Shown: piece by piece, positions 11,086 to 20,709 of the stretch
How the letters are laid out: each line of letters begins with the position of its first letter
Numbering within the stretch: position 1 is the stretch's first letter
From: Acidobacteriota bacterium
GTDB taxonomy: Bacteria; Acidobacteriota; UBA6911; RPQK01; JAJDTT01
DNA length: 64,000 nucleotides
Direction: 5' to 3'
Assembly: GCA_965209055.1 (NCBI GenBank)
Contig: OZ242374.1
Span: 3,168,001 to 3,232,000, forward strand
Notes under the pieces: model-generated
What the model saw: only the letters and a program-made list of their open reading frames with translations
The model's database searches: none
Told to the model about the DNA's origin: nothing
Position numbers and translations under genes: made by a program

Positions 11086-11272
11086 CAGAAATCCTTGCCG
11101 TGGTAGGGTTCTAGGCACCATTGCCATCTCACCGGATCTCCACCGAGCCTGTGCTCGAACCCGGGTCGAAAACCCCGGCTGCAGGCAGTCCGGTCCGCGC
11201 TGGCGCATTCTCGACAATTCCAGACGATTTGCTTGAGGACCGTAGACTGACGCGTCTTCTCCAGGGGGCCAG

Positions 11273-13297
11273 ATGACCGACCAGAACCCAACTCAGATGT
11301 CCGGCGCCGATCCCGGCTCCAACCTCCGCGTCCCGGCCGGGAAAATGGCGGCCTGGGGAGTGGACACGCTTCCCGTTCCTCCCCCGGACCGCTTCGATCT
11401 GCGCCGGTTCCTGGGGCCGGGCCTGCTCATGGTGGGACTGGCCATCGGAGGAGGGGAATGGCTGACCGGTCCCGCCCTGACGGCGCAGTACGGCGGGATA
11501 CTCATGTGGATCGCCACCATGAGCATCCTGTTCCAGTGCTGCTACAACCTGGAGGTGATGCGCTACGCCCTGTATTGCGGCGAGCCCATGTTCACCGGCT
11601 TTTTCCGGTTGGCGCCGGGCCCCCGCTTCTGGACCGGCATCTTCCTGGTGGTCGACTTCGGCGCGATCTGGCCCTACCTGTCCGCCAACGCGGCGGTACC
11701 CTTGTTGGCGGCGTTTCTGGGGCATCTCCCTGGGACCCTCCCCACGACCTACCTTTCCCAGGAAGAAATCGTGGCCGAGACGGGGCTTTCGGCCCGGCTG
11801 GTGGAGGAGATGTCGCAACACCCCGGCCGTTTCGGACGGGTCCAGGATGTCGAGCGCGAGACGGGACTGCCGGTGGAGGTGATCCGGGAGATCGCGCAGA
11901 ACCCGGAGCACTATGGCGACACCCGCCGCTGGCGGCCTCTGCCCCATCCGCTCACCGAGTGGCAGGACGGGGACTCGGTCACGGAGGTGGCCGCCAGGAC
12001 CGGGCTGGACCGCGAGGTTCTGGAGAAGGTTCAAGGGAGGCCGGAACTGTTCGCTCCCGTGGAGCAGGTCATCCGCGAAACCGGACTTCCGGCCGAGATC
12101 GTCCATGAAATGGCTCGGAACCCGACCGCCTACGGCGTCACGGACCGGTGGAAGGCCATGCCCGAACCGGTGCTGGAAAAGTGGGTCGAACCGGAAAGGA
12201 GGACGGTTGGCTACCTCGGCTACGCCATCTTCCTCTCTGCCTTCGTCCCGCTGATCTTCGGCGGCAAGGTCTACAACATGGTGGAGAAGATCATGGCCGC
12301 CAAGACGGCCCTGGTCCTGGGCTATCTCATCTTCCTGGGAGTCTTCTACGTCGAATGGCGGGTCTGGGTCGAGATCTTTTCGGGGTTCGTCAAATTCGGC
12401 GCGCTTCCCGAAGTGGCGGGGAACCCGTTGACGTGGTCGGAACTGTTCCGGGGGACCTTCGGAATCGGAGGCGCCAGGCCGGCTCTGGATGTGGGCCTGT
12501 TGGCCATTTTCGCCGCCATTGCCGGAAGCGGAGGCCTGGGCAACGCCAGTTTCGCCAACTACGTTCGGGACAAGGGCTGGGGAATGGGTGCCCGGGTGGG
12601 CGCCATCGCCAGCGCCGTGGGCGGGAAGGGCGTCAAGCTGCTCCATGAGGGCCGGGTGTTCCACGTCACGCCGGAATCGAAAAAACTGTGGACGGGATGG
12701 CGCAATGTCACGATTCGCGACCAACTGGGGATCTGGGTCGGGGGCTGTATCCTGGGCATGGGAATACCCGCCCTGCTCTCGCTCCAGTTCGCCGCCGGAC
12801 AGCAGGTCCGGGGCGATTCGCTGGCCGCCCTGACGGCTCAGGGAGTCGTGGACAAGACAGGCGAACCCATCTTCTGGTTTCTCACCCTGCTCTGCGGCTT
12901 CATGGTCCTGGGCCCGACCCAGATTGCGGCGGCGGACAGCTTCTGCCGGCGCTGGACCGACCTGATCTGGACCGCCAGCACCCGCGCCCGGGGGCTGAAG
13001 GAAGAGCAGGTCAAGTATGTCTACTACGGGCTCCTGACCGCCTACGCCCTCTGGGGAGTGATGGCGCTGACCCTGATACCCGACCGCATGCTGATCGTGA
13101 AGATTGCGGGCATCCCATTGAACTTCGGTCTGGGGTTTTCGGCGCTCTGCGTCCTGGCCGTCAACTGCAAACTGCTGCCCAGGGAATTGCAGTCTGCCTG
13201 GTACATCCGTGTCTTGATGGTGGCCTGCGCCCTGTTCTTTTTGAGCATCGCCTGTGTCTCCACGGCGGCCGTGATTCGCGACCTCCAGTTCCTGTAG
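11273..13297 (+). CDS. Nramp-like (APC superfamily) transporter with a soluble repeat insert
   Basis: GPGLLMVGLAIGGGEW, NLEVMRYALYCGE, YVRDKGWGMG; many TM segments. Confidence 0.75.
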   Translation: MTDQNPTQMSGADPGSNLRVPAGKMAAWGVDTLPVPPPDRFDLRRFLGPGLLMVGLAIGGGEWLTGPALTAQYGGILMWIATMSILFQCCYNLEVMRYALYCGEPMFTGFFRLAPGPRFWTGIFLVVDFGAIWPYLSANAAVPLLAAFLGHLPGTLPTTYLSQEEIVAETGLSARLVEEMSQHPGRFGRVQDVERETGLPVEVIREIAQNPEHYGDTRRWRPLPHPLTEWQDGDSVTEVAARTGLDREVLEKVQGRPELFAPVEQVIRETGLPAEIVHEMARNPTAYGVTDRWKAMPEPVLEKWVEPERRTVGYLGYAIFLSAFVPLIFGGKVYNMVEKIMAAKTALVLGYLIFLGVFYVEWRVWVEIFSGFVKFGALPEVAGNPLTWSELFRGTFGIGGARPALDVGLLAIFAAIAGSGGLGNASFANYVRDKGWGMGARVGAIASAVGGKGVKLLHEGRVFHVTPESKKLWTGWRNVTIRDQLGIWVGGCILGMGIPALLSLQFAAGQQVRGDSLAALTAQGVVDKTGEPIFWFLTLLCGFMVLGPTQIAAADSFCRRWTDLIWTASTRARGLKEEQVKYVYYGLLTAYALWGVMALTLIPDRMLIVKIAGIPLNFGLGFSALCVLAVNCKLLPRELQSAWYIRVLMVACALFFLSIACVSTAAVIRDLQFL

Positions 13298-13300
13298 TAG

Positions 13301-13364
13301 TAGGAGGGGGGACTACGTTAGTCCCCCCGTGCTCTTCCCAATCGGCGGCAAGAAAACCGCCGCC
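13301..13364. repeat. REP-like doublet
   Basis: taggaggggggactacgttagtcccccc followed by cggcggcaagaaaaccgccgc. Confidence 0.55.
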
Positions 13365-13389
13365 CAGATCCCTTCCTGGAGGAACCAAC

Positions 13390-14646
13390 ATGCGCACCCG
13401 CTTGATCGCAGCGATTATCTCCCTCTTCCTCCTGCCGATCCCCATCCAAGCCAGCGACAAGCAAAACGTCATGATCGTGAGCTGGGGCGACGTCATCATG
13501 TCCGGGGCCCCGGGTGCGGCGCGGCTGGACACGCCCGAAAAGGTGCGCGAGTCCGTCCGCTCCTGGAAATCCCAGGGCATCGACCAGGTCCTCTTTCGCG
13601 GCGACAACTTCCGCGTCCTCCTCTTTCACCAAACGGCACCCGCCAACGAGGAACACCGCAAAGGGCTGGCGAAGACCCGGGCGGCCTGGGAGTCGGACCT
13701 CATGGAGACTGCCGTCGACGCCATGAGGGAAGCCGGCATTCGCCCTTACGTCTGGCTCACCGTTCTGGACGAGGGATGTCCCCCCGACATCCTCTACGCC
13801 GACTCCGTGCCCTTCGCATGGCAGTCCCGCTTCACCCGCCGAAACCCGCAGTTTCTGGCCTGCGACAGGAGCCTTACCCCGAATGGCCGGAAGTACCACT
13901 GGGGCGTCATGGAGTACGCCTACCCGGAGGTCCGGCAATACATGCTCGAGGTCATCCGGGCCTTCTCCGACCGCTTCGATCTGGACGGCGTCTTCCTGAG
14001 CCTTCGCACTCATTCGCCGCCCCCCGGCCACGCCGACCAGTTCGGCTTCAACGAACCGGTGGTCCGGGAGTACAAGCGCCGCTACGGACGGGACATCCTG
14101 CGCGAGCCCTTCGACCTGGAGAAGTGGCGGAATCTGCGGGGCGAGTTCTTCACCACCTTCCTCAGGGAGGTCCGGGACCACCTCAAGAGCCGGGGGCAGA
14201 AGCTGGCGGTGGGCGTGCAACAGGGGGAGTACCTGGGTCCCCCCTTCGGCAACATGAGGATCCAGTGGCGGCGCTGGGTCGCCGACGAGATCGTCGACCA
14301 GCTCGTGGTCGGGCACATCACCGGAGCGCGGGCCCGCTACCCGCTAAGGACTCAGCGCACCATGGGCTACCTCCAGAGCCAGGAGGACAATCTGGGTCTG
14401 CCTCCCATCGAAGAGGCCCTGAGCAAGGACTACGGTCCGCTCTGCGCCCGTCACGGAGTCGACCTCCTGGTGTCCCCGAAACTCTTCTATCTGTCCTTTC
14501 TTCATCCGACCTACGGCCGGGGCCGACAGAATCCGGAGCTGCGGGCGAGACTCCTGGAAAAACTGGAAGCGATCCCCGAAGTGACGGGAATCGTCATCGG
14601 GTACGGGAGGTTTCTCCGGTCCCATGCGGCCACGTCCGCGGAATAA
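13390..14646 (+). CDS. Secreted TIM-barrel protein, glycosyl hydrolase-like family 10 (GHL10/DUF187-like)
   Basis: GGAGG RBS, signal peptide, YAYPEVRQY..., DLDGVFL, FTTFLREVR. Confidence 0.65.
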   Translation: MRTRLIAAIISLFLLPIPIQASDKQNVMIVSWGDVIMSGAPGAARLDTPEKVRESVRSWKSQGIDQVLFRGDNFRVLLFHQTAPANEEHRKGLAKTRAAWESDLMETAVDAMREAGIRPYVWLTVLDEGCPPDILYADSVPFAWQSRFTRRNPQFLACDRSLTPNGRKYHWGVMEYAYPEVRQYMLEVIRAFSDRFDLDGVFLSLRTHSPPPGHADQFGFNEPVVREYKRRYGRDILREPFDLEKWRNLRGEFFTTFLREVRDHLKSRGQKLAVGVQQGEYLGPPFGNMRIQWRRWVADEIVDQLVVGHITGARARYPLRTQRTMGYLQSQEDNLGLPPIEEALSKDYGPLCARHGVDLLVSPKLFYLSFLHPTYGRGRQNPELRARLLEKLEAIPEVTGIVIGYGRFLRSHAATSAE

Positions 14647-14812
14647 GCGACCCACTCCCCACCCGGATTTGAACCGCCTGCCCGCCCGTTCGCCGGGGTA
14701 GGGGTCCCGATTGCCGGTGAACCCGGACCGCCCACGGTTTTTTAGTGGTCCCGGGACGGATTGTGGCCGATACTGCCGCCCGGAATTGCGCGGAAATCGC
14801 AGGGAGGTTTGT

Positions 14813-17800
14813 ATGCGCATCGGTCATCGGTCTCTAACGGTCTGGCTCGGCTTGGTTCTATGGGCGTTGCAGCCGGCCTTAATCGCCCAATCAGATGGTT
14901 CACTGAGTGGAAACGTTTCGCTGAAGGACACCGGCCAGCCTCTGCACTACGCCAGCGTGTCCATCGAGGAGCTGGACCGTAGCACCGTCACCGACGACGA
15001 TGGAAACTACGAGTTCGACGGCGTTCCTCCCGGGACTTACCGCCTGATCATCCATCTGGACAGCCTGTTCACCGAAGTCACCACCATGGTGATCGTCGAG
15101 GCTGGCGAGGCGGCAAAAGCGAACATCTTCCTGGAGTTGTTGCCCAGGCGATACGAAGTCACGGTGACGGCAAGCGAGGAGCACGAGACGGTCTTCGAGG
15201 CATTCCAGAGCGTCGAGTCGTTGGGACCGTACGAGATGGCCGAGTCGGCGGATATCACCATCGGCGAGTTGTTGGACCACAGAGTGGGCAGCGGTATCGC
15301 CAAGCGCGGTTTCGGACCGGGTCCGGCCCGGCCCATCATCCGCGGTTTCGACGGCGACCGCGTCCTGATCATGGAGGACGGAATCCGGTCCGGCACCCTG
15401 TCCTCCCAGTCCGGAGACCACGGGGAATTGATCAACCCGGCGCTGATCGAGCGGCTGGAGGTCGTCAAGGGTCCGGCCACGCTGCTCTACAGTGGAAGCG
15501 CCATGGGAGGCACCGTCAACGCCATCAGCCGTCACCACCAAGTTCATCATCACCCGCACAAAGGAGTGCGCGGCTTCATCTCCGGCTCCGCGGGCACCAG
15601 CAACTCCCTGGGCGGAGTCAATGCCGGTTTCGAGATGGGCGCGGGCAACTGGCTGTTCTGGGGACAGGGCGGGGGATTGCGCACCGGTGACTACACGGCT
15701 CCCGAACAGGGCGCCATCTACAACTCCCGGTCCCGGATTGCCAATGGCGGCGGCGGCTTCGGATTCTACGGCGAGAAGATGTTCTTCAGCGTAGAGGCCA
15801 AGTACGACGAGGGCCTTTACGGCGTTCCCTTCGTCCAGGATTTCCACGGCCACCACGGGCACGGGGAAGAGGACGAGCACGACCACGACGAGGAAGAGGA
15901 CGAGCACGACCACGACCACGACGAGGAAGAGGAAGAGGGCGAGGACGACGACCACGACCACGACCACGATGAGGAAGAGGAAGAGGGCGAGGACGACGAC
16001 CACGACCACGACCACGATGAGGAAGAGGAAGAGGGCGAGGACGACGACCACGACCACGACCACGATGAGGAAGAGGAAGAGGGCGAGGACGACGACCACG
16101 ACCACGACCACGATGAGGAAGAGGAAGAGGGCGAGGACGACGACCACGACCACGACCACGACGAGGAAGAGGAAGAGGGCGAAGACGACGACCACGACCA
16201 CGACCACGATGAGGAAGAGGAAGAGGCCGACGACGACCACGACCACGACCACGATGAGGAAGGGGAAGAGGGCGAAGACGACGACCACGACCACGACCAC
16301 GATGAGGAAGAGGAAGAGGCCGACGACGACCACGACCACGACCACGATGAGGAAGGGGAAGAGGGCGAAGACGACGACCACGACCACGACCACGATGAGG
16401 AAGAGGAAGAGGCCGACGACGATCACGACCACGACCACGACAACGGCGAGGAAGAGGAAGAGGCCGACGACGATCACGACCACGACCACGATGAGGAAGG
16501 GGAAGAGGGCGAAGACGAGGATCACGACCACGACAACGGCGAGGATGAGGAAGAGGCCGACGACGACCACGACCACGACCACGACGAGGAAGAGGGCGAG
16601 GGCGAGGAGGACGAGGACCACGACCACGACGAGGAAGAGGGCGAGGGCGACGAAGACGAGGATCACGACCACGACGAGGAAGAGGGCGAGGGCGACGAAG
16701 ACGAGGATCACGACCACGACGAGGAAGAGGGCGAGGAGGACGAGGACCACGACCACGATGAGGACGAGGACCACGATGAAGAGGACGACCACGGGCACGG
16801 GGGACGTGAGATCGATCGCATCGTGATCGATGCCCATCGCCTGAGCTACCGCTTCAACTGGGGACTGAAGGATCTGGGCGGCGCCATCGACCGTTTCACT
16901 CTGAAACTGGCCTACACCGACTGGTCACACGACGAAATCGAGTACTTTACGGACGGTGACTGGGCCATCGGCACCGAGTTCGACAACACCCAGTTCACCT
17001 ACCGCGGGGTCTTCGAGCAGCAGGAGTCAGGGCCCTTGAGTGGAAGCTTCGGCTTCTGGGGTTTGAACAGAGACTATTCGGCCACGGGAGAGGAAGCGCT
17101 GTCGCCGCCGACCACCCAGAATGGTTTCGCCGTTTTCGCCCTGCAGGTCCTGGATTTTGAGAACTACAAGCTCCAGTTCGGGGGACGTGTGGAGACCCAG
17201 CGCTATAATCCGGGCTTCGCCGCACGCGGTGACGGCGGCCACGGCCACGGAGGGGACGCGCATGGCCACGGAGAGGACGACCACGAGGAAGGGCTCCCCG
17301 ATGCCGTCGAGAGGACGTTCACCGGAGCTTCCGCCTCAGTCGGCATCCACGCCGACACTTGGCGGAACGGGGCATTCGTCGCGAACTACTCTCATTTCTA
17401 CCGGGCCCCGTCTTTGGAGGAACTCTACAATTACGGGCCGCACGCCGGGAGCCTCGCGTTCGAGATCGGGGATCCCACGATGGACGCCGAGACCGGCGAC
17501 GGCATCGAGTTGTCGCTACGGCACGAGGATGACCAGGTCCACGGCGGCCTGAGCTTTTTCTACTACGGGTTCCGGAACTTCATCTTCCCCTTCGCACCCG
17601 GAGAACGGCTGGACGACCTCCAAGTCATCGAGTTCACCCAGCGTGACGCCCGGTATGCGGGAGCGGAAGCGGAATTCGGTTTTCGACTGCACAGGGCGCT
17701 CTGGCTCGATCTCGGAATGGATATGGTCGACGCCCAAGACACGAACACGGGCACTCCCTTGCCCAGAATCCCGCCTCTGCGGGGCAAGATCGGGCTGGAT

Positions 17801-18073
17801 CTCAACGTCGGGGGATGGCGAATCAATCCGGAGTTGATCGTGGCCAGCGAGCAGAACCAGACCTTCACCGACGAGACCCGGACACCCGGATACAGCGTCG
17901 TGAACTTGAAGGCGTCCTACACCGTCGCCCAGCAGCACGTGGCGCACCAGTTCGCGGTGAAGGTTTTCAACATCGGCGACCGGTTCTATCGAAACCACTC
18001 TTCCTTCATCAAGGATCTGGCCCCCGAAATCGGCCGTGGCGTAAGACTGACCTACATCCTGCGTTTCTTCTGA
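14813..18073 (+). CDS. TonB-dependent receptor (ZnuD-like metal receptor) with ~320-aa His/Asp/Glu insert
   Basis: RBS gggagg, signal peptide, N-terminal carboxypeptidase-regulatory-like domain, plug RPIIRGFDGDRV / IERLEVVKGPATLLY, C-terminal Phe. Confidence 0.92.
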   Translation: MRIGHRSLTVWLGLVLWALQPALIAQSDGSLSGNVSLKDTGQPLHYASVSIEELDRSTVTDDDGNYEFDGVPPGTYRLIIHLDSLFTEVTTMVIVEAGEAAKANIFLELLPRRYEVTVTASEEHETVFEAFQSVESLGPYEMAESADITIGELLDHRVGSGIAKRGFGPGPARPIIRGFDGDRVLIMEDGIRSGTLSSQSGDHGELINPALIERLEVVKGPATLLYSGSAMGGTVNAISRHHQVHHHPHKGVRGFISGSAGTSNSLGGVNAGFEMGAGNWLFWGQGGGLRTGDYTAPEQGAIYNSRSRIANGGGGFGFYGEKMFFSVEAKYDEGLYGVPFVQDFHGHHGHGEEDEHDHDEEEDEHDHDHDEEEEEGEDDDHDHDHDEEEEEGEDDDHDHDHDEEEEEGEDDDHDHDHDEEEEEGEDDDHDHDHDEEEEEGEDDDHDHDHDEEEEEGEDDDHDHDHDEEEEEADDDHDHDHDEEGEEGEDDDHDHDHDEEEEEADDDHDHDHDEEGEEGEDDDHDHDHDEEEEEADDDHDHDHDNGEEEEEADDDHDHDHDEEGEEGEDEDHDHDNGEDEEEADDDHDHDHDEEEGEGEEDEDHDHDEEEGEGDEDEDHDHDEEEGEGDEDEDHDHDEEEGEEDEDHDHDEDEDHDEEDDHGHGGREIDRIVIDAHRLSYRFNWGLKDLGGAIDRFTLKLAYTDWSHDEIEYFTDGDWAIGTEFDNTQFTYRGVFEQQESGPLSGSFGFWGLNRDYSATGEEALSPPTTQNGFAVFALQVLDFENYKLQFGGRVETQRYNPGFAARGDGGHGHGGDAHGHGEDDHEEGLPDAVERTFTGASASVGIHADTWRNGAFVANYSHFYRAPSLEELYNYGPHAGSLAFEIGDPTMDAETGDGIELSLRHEDDQVHGGLSFFYYGFRNFIFPFAPGERLDDLQVIEFTQRDARYAGAEAEFGFRLHRALWLDLGMDMVDAQDTNTGTPLPRIPPLRGKIGLDLNVGGWRINPELIVASEQNQTFTDETRTPGYSVVNLKASYTVAQQHVAHQFAVKVFNIGDRFYRNHSSFIKDLAPEIGRGVRLTYILRFF
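15844..16803 (+). repeat. Coding tandem repeat, 48-bp unit (EGEDDDHDHDHDEEEE) with shorter variants
   Basis: gagggcgaggacgacgaccacgaccacgaccacgatgaggaagaggaa repeated with period 48 (e.g. 15935, 15983), degenerating toward 16800. Confidence 0.95.
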
Positions 18074-18112
18074 TCCCCTTGCGGGTCAGGCGCGGCGTCT
18101 TTCGAGGCACCG

Positions 18113-18148
18113 ACTGGGACCGGCGGCTTTCCAGCCGCCGGTCCCAGT
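18113..18148. terminator. 16-bp perfect stem-loop after the TonB gene (terminator or REP-like)
   Basis: actgggaccggcggct-ttcc-agccgccggtcccagt; no U-tract. Confidence 0.55.
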
Positions 18149-18357
18149 GCAACAACCCATCCAAGGGCCAACGGACAACCTCCCCTGCATCAAAAAACAC
18201 CCAACCGATAATCGCCCCGTCCATCCCTCAGAATCGGCCCGCCCACGTGGGTCGTCTTGAACAAAGCTCGGGCGGCCTGGAAAATAGGTGAAGAGCCACA
18301 CGATCACCCGGAAGTTTCGCCAGATACTCCGGGAGGAGGCGCGCAACCGTCGAGACC

Positions 18358-18864
18358 ATGAAATATATCGAAGCCAACCTGACGGCAAACGAAACGATTC
18401 TCGCCTATGCCCGCGTGCATTGGTTCGTATACGTTTCCGGAGTCGTGACCGGTCTGGTGGGGTCGGTGTTTCTGTTTCTGACATGGGACCTCGCACGGGG
18501 CAAGCCGCCCAGCGCCGGTCCCTATCTGATTTTCGGCGTAGTCGGCTCCTGGCTCATCATCGTCGCCGTCTACAAGCTTCTCAGGGCGTGGTTACGCGTG
18601 AGGTTTACGGAGGTGGCCGTCACTTCCCAAAGGGTGGTGGCAAAGTTCGGATGGATCAGGCACCGGACGGTGGAGCTCAACCACAACATGGTGGAGAGCA
18701 TCACGGTCTACCAGGGTCTGATGGGACGCCTATTCAACTTCGGCACCCTGACCATACGCGGCACGGGCGGAGGGCAAACGCCTGTTCCCACCATCGCTCA
18801 CCCACTCGAGTTCCGGAAAGTCGTCACCGAACAGATCACAAGGGCATCCGGCGTGGAGCCGTAA
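18358..18864 (+). CDS. Bacterial PH-domain (YdbS/bPH_2-like) membrane protein
   Basis: YARVHW, two TM helices, [34 protein letters not shown]. Confidence 0.8.
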   Translation: MKYIEANLTANETILAYARVHWFVYVSGVVTGLVGSVFLFLTWDLARGKPPSAGPYLIFGVVGSWLIIVAVYKLLRAWLRVRFTEVAVTSQRVVAKFGWIRHRTVELNHNMVESITVYQGLMGRLFNFGTLTIRGTGGGQTPVPTIAHPLEFRKVVTEQITRASGVEP

Positions 18865-18912
18865 CTCCCCGTTGCCACCGCTCGAAACCGGTAACCGCGT
18901 GCAGGAAGGAAG

Positions 18913-18989
<77 letters not shown>

Positions 18990-19115
18990 GCCGACGGGCC
19001 GCTTGGACCCGGACGAGTAATATCCCCCATTTCTTCTGTCCCGTCTACTCCGGATTCGCCGTCCCGACCACTCGGAAAACACGGATAAGACAGTTCTTTG
19101 TGATAGTTTAGCGCC

Positions 19116-19883
19116 ATGGACGAACGAGAACGCCGCCTGGCCCTTTTCCTCGACCTGGAGAACTTGGCCCTGGGCTTCGAGAAGGGCCGAAACCGTTCCC
19201 GGTTCCGCATCGACAAGGTGCTGGAACGGTTGGTGGAAAAGGGAAAGATCCTGGTCAAGGAAGCGTACGCCGACTGGTCCCGGTTCTCCGAGTACAAGGC
19301 GGAGCTGCACGAGTCCGCCTTCGAGCTCATCGACATCCCCAAGCGGAGCCGGACGGGCAAGAACTCGGCCGACATCCGGCTCTGCGTGGACGCCATGGAC
19401 CTCTGCTTTTCCAAGGATCACATCGACACCTTCGTCATCCTCTCCGGGGACAGCGACTTCTCCCCCCTGGCTTCCAAGCTGAAGGAAAACGGCAAGTACG
19501 TCATCGGACTGGGAACCCAGGGCAGCACTTCCCAGATGCTGGTGGACAACTGCGACGAGTTCATCTTCTACGAGGAGCTGGACGAGGTCGCCACGCGGCC
19601 GCCGCGTCTGAACGCCAGGATCGCCAAGGACAAACGTCCCGCCTTCCAGCTCCTGATCGAGTCGATCCTGGCGCTGATGCGCGAGAACAAGGACGTGATC
19701 TACTCCTCCATGGTCAAGCAGACCATGAAGCGGAAACAGCCCGCCTTCAACGAATCCCGGTTCGGCTACCGGACCTTTTCGGCCCTCCTGGAAGACGCCT
19801 CCAAGTTCAACCTGGTGGTTCTGGGGGAAGACGCCCGAAGCGGCACCTACGTGGTCCGGGGATTCGGAAAAAACTCCGGCTGA
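19116..19883 (+). CDS. NYN domain protein with C-terminal OST-HTH/LOTUS
   Basis: LALFLDLEN, AYADW, GKNSADIRLCVDAMD, SGDSDF, CDEFIFY; C-terminal FNESRFGYRTFSALLE. Confidence 0.88.
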   Translation: MDERERRLALFLDLENLALGFEKGRNRSRFRIDKVLERLVEKGKILVKEAYADWSRFSEYKAELHESAFELIDIPKRSRTGKNSADIRLCVDAMDLCFSKDHIDTFVILSGDSDFSPLASKLKENGKYVIGLGTQGSTSQMLVDNCDEFIFYEELDEVATRPPRLNARIAKDKRPAFQLLIESILALMRENKDVIYSSMVKQTMKRKQPAFNESRFGYRTFSALLEDASKFNLVVLGEDARSGTYVVRGFGKNSG

Positions 19884-19943
19884 GATTTTGCCGCCCCCGA
19901 GTTGTGGGTTAGCGTTCCCGCACCTTTTCGCGAAAACCTCCGA

Positions 19944-20390
19944 ATGAGAATCGTCCAGGTCACCGCCGTCACCCCGGAGATCGTCGAGTCCATCGGCCGG
20001 CTGATCCCCCAACTTTCCACCTCGGCCCCCATTCCCACCGCCAATCAACTCGAAAACCTGGTCGCCAGCGACGCCGCCCAACTACTCATCGCACATGACC
20101 CGGACCGAGAGGACCGCATCGTCGGAACCCTGACCCTGGTCCTCTACCGCATTCCCACCGGCGTGCGAGCCTGGATCGAGGACGTGGTGGTGGACGAGCC
20201 GGCTCGACGATGCGGCGTCGGCGAACTCCTCTGCCGCGCCGCCATCGACCGGGCCCGGTCCGCCGGCGCTCGAAACGTGGACCTCACCTCCCGCTCCGAA
20301 CGCAAAGCCGCCAACCGCCTCTACCGGCGACTCGGTTTCTCGTTACGGCACACGAACCTCTACCGCTACTCGTTGGAGCAATCCGAATAG
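19944..20390 (+). CDS. GNAT family N-acetyltransferase
   Basis: IEDVVVDEPARRCGVG, ANRLYRRLGF. Confidence 0.88.
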   Translation: MRIVQVTAVTPEIVESIGRLIPQLSTSAPIPTANQLENLVASDAAQLLIAHDPDREDRIVGTLTLVLYRIPTGVRAWIEDVVVDEPARRCGVGELLCRAAIDRARSAGARNVDLTSRSERKAANRLYRRLGFSLRHTNLYRYSLEQSE

Positions 20391-20435
20391 CCGCGCCCGA
20401 AGTGAGCCCGCAGCGGCGACTTTCGTGTCGGTAAT

Positions 20436-20590
20436 TGGGAGGGCGATTTCCAATCGCCCGGTTTCCCTCGTACGCGACGTCCAAAGAATCGGCGGTTAGG
20501 AAACCGCCGTTCCTGTCCGGCGGCAAGGATGCCGCCGCTCCTCCGGCGGTTAGGAAACCGCCGCTCCGCTCCTGCTGGAGGCGGCCTCCC
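20436..20590. repeat. REP-like palindrome cluster
   Basis: gggcgatttccaatcgccc; cggcggttaggaaaccgccg x2; cggcggcaaggatgccgccgctcc; same family as 2654 and 7284. Confidence 0.8.
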
Positions 20591-20709
20591 AGCCCTCAAT
20601 CTCTCCCCTCTTTGCAGGCGACGGAGGCGCGCCAGTATAATCCCGGCGACCCTGGCTCCGGCCGGTCCGGAGCCTTTCATCCACCCATGACTCAGACAGG
20701 TGTGAACCC

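Noticed and set aside
14900-16837. 645-aa Val/Leu-rich antisense ORF and the Thr/Arg/Lys ORF at 15969-16826
   Set aside because: Shadow frames of the His/Asp/Glu coding repeat.
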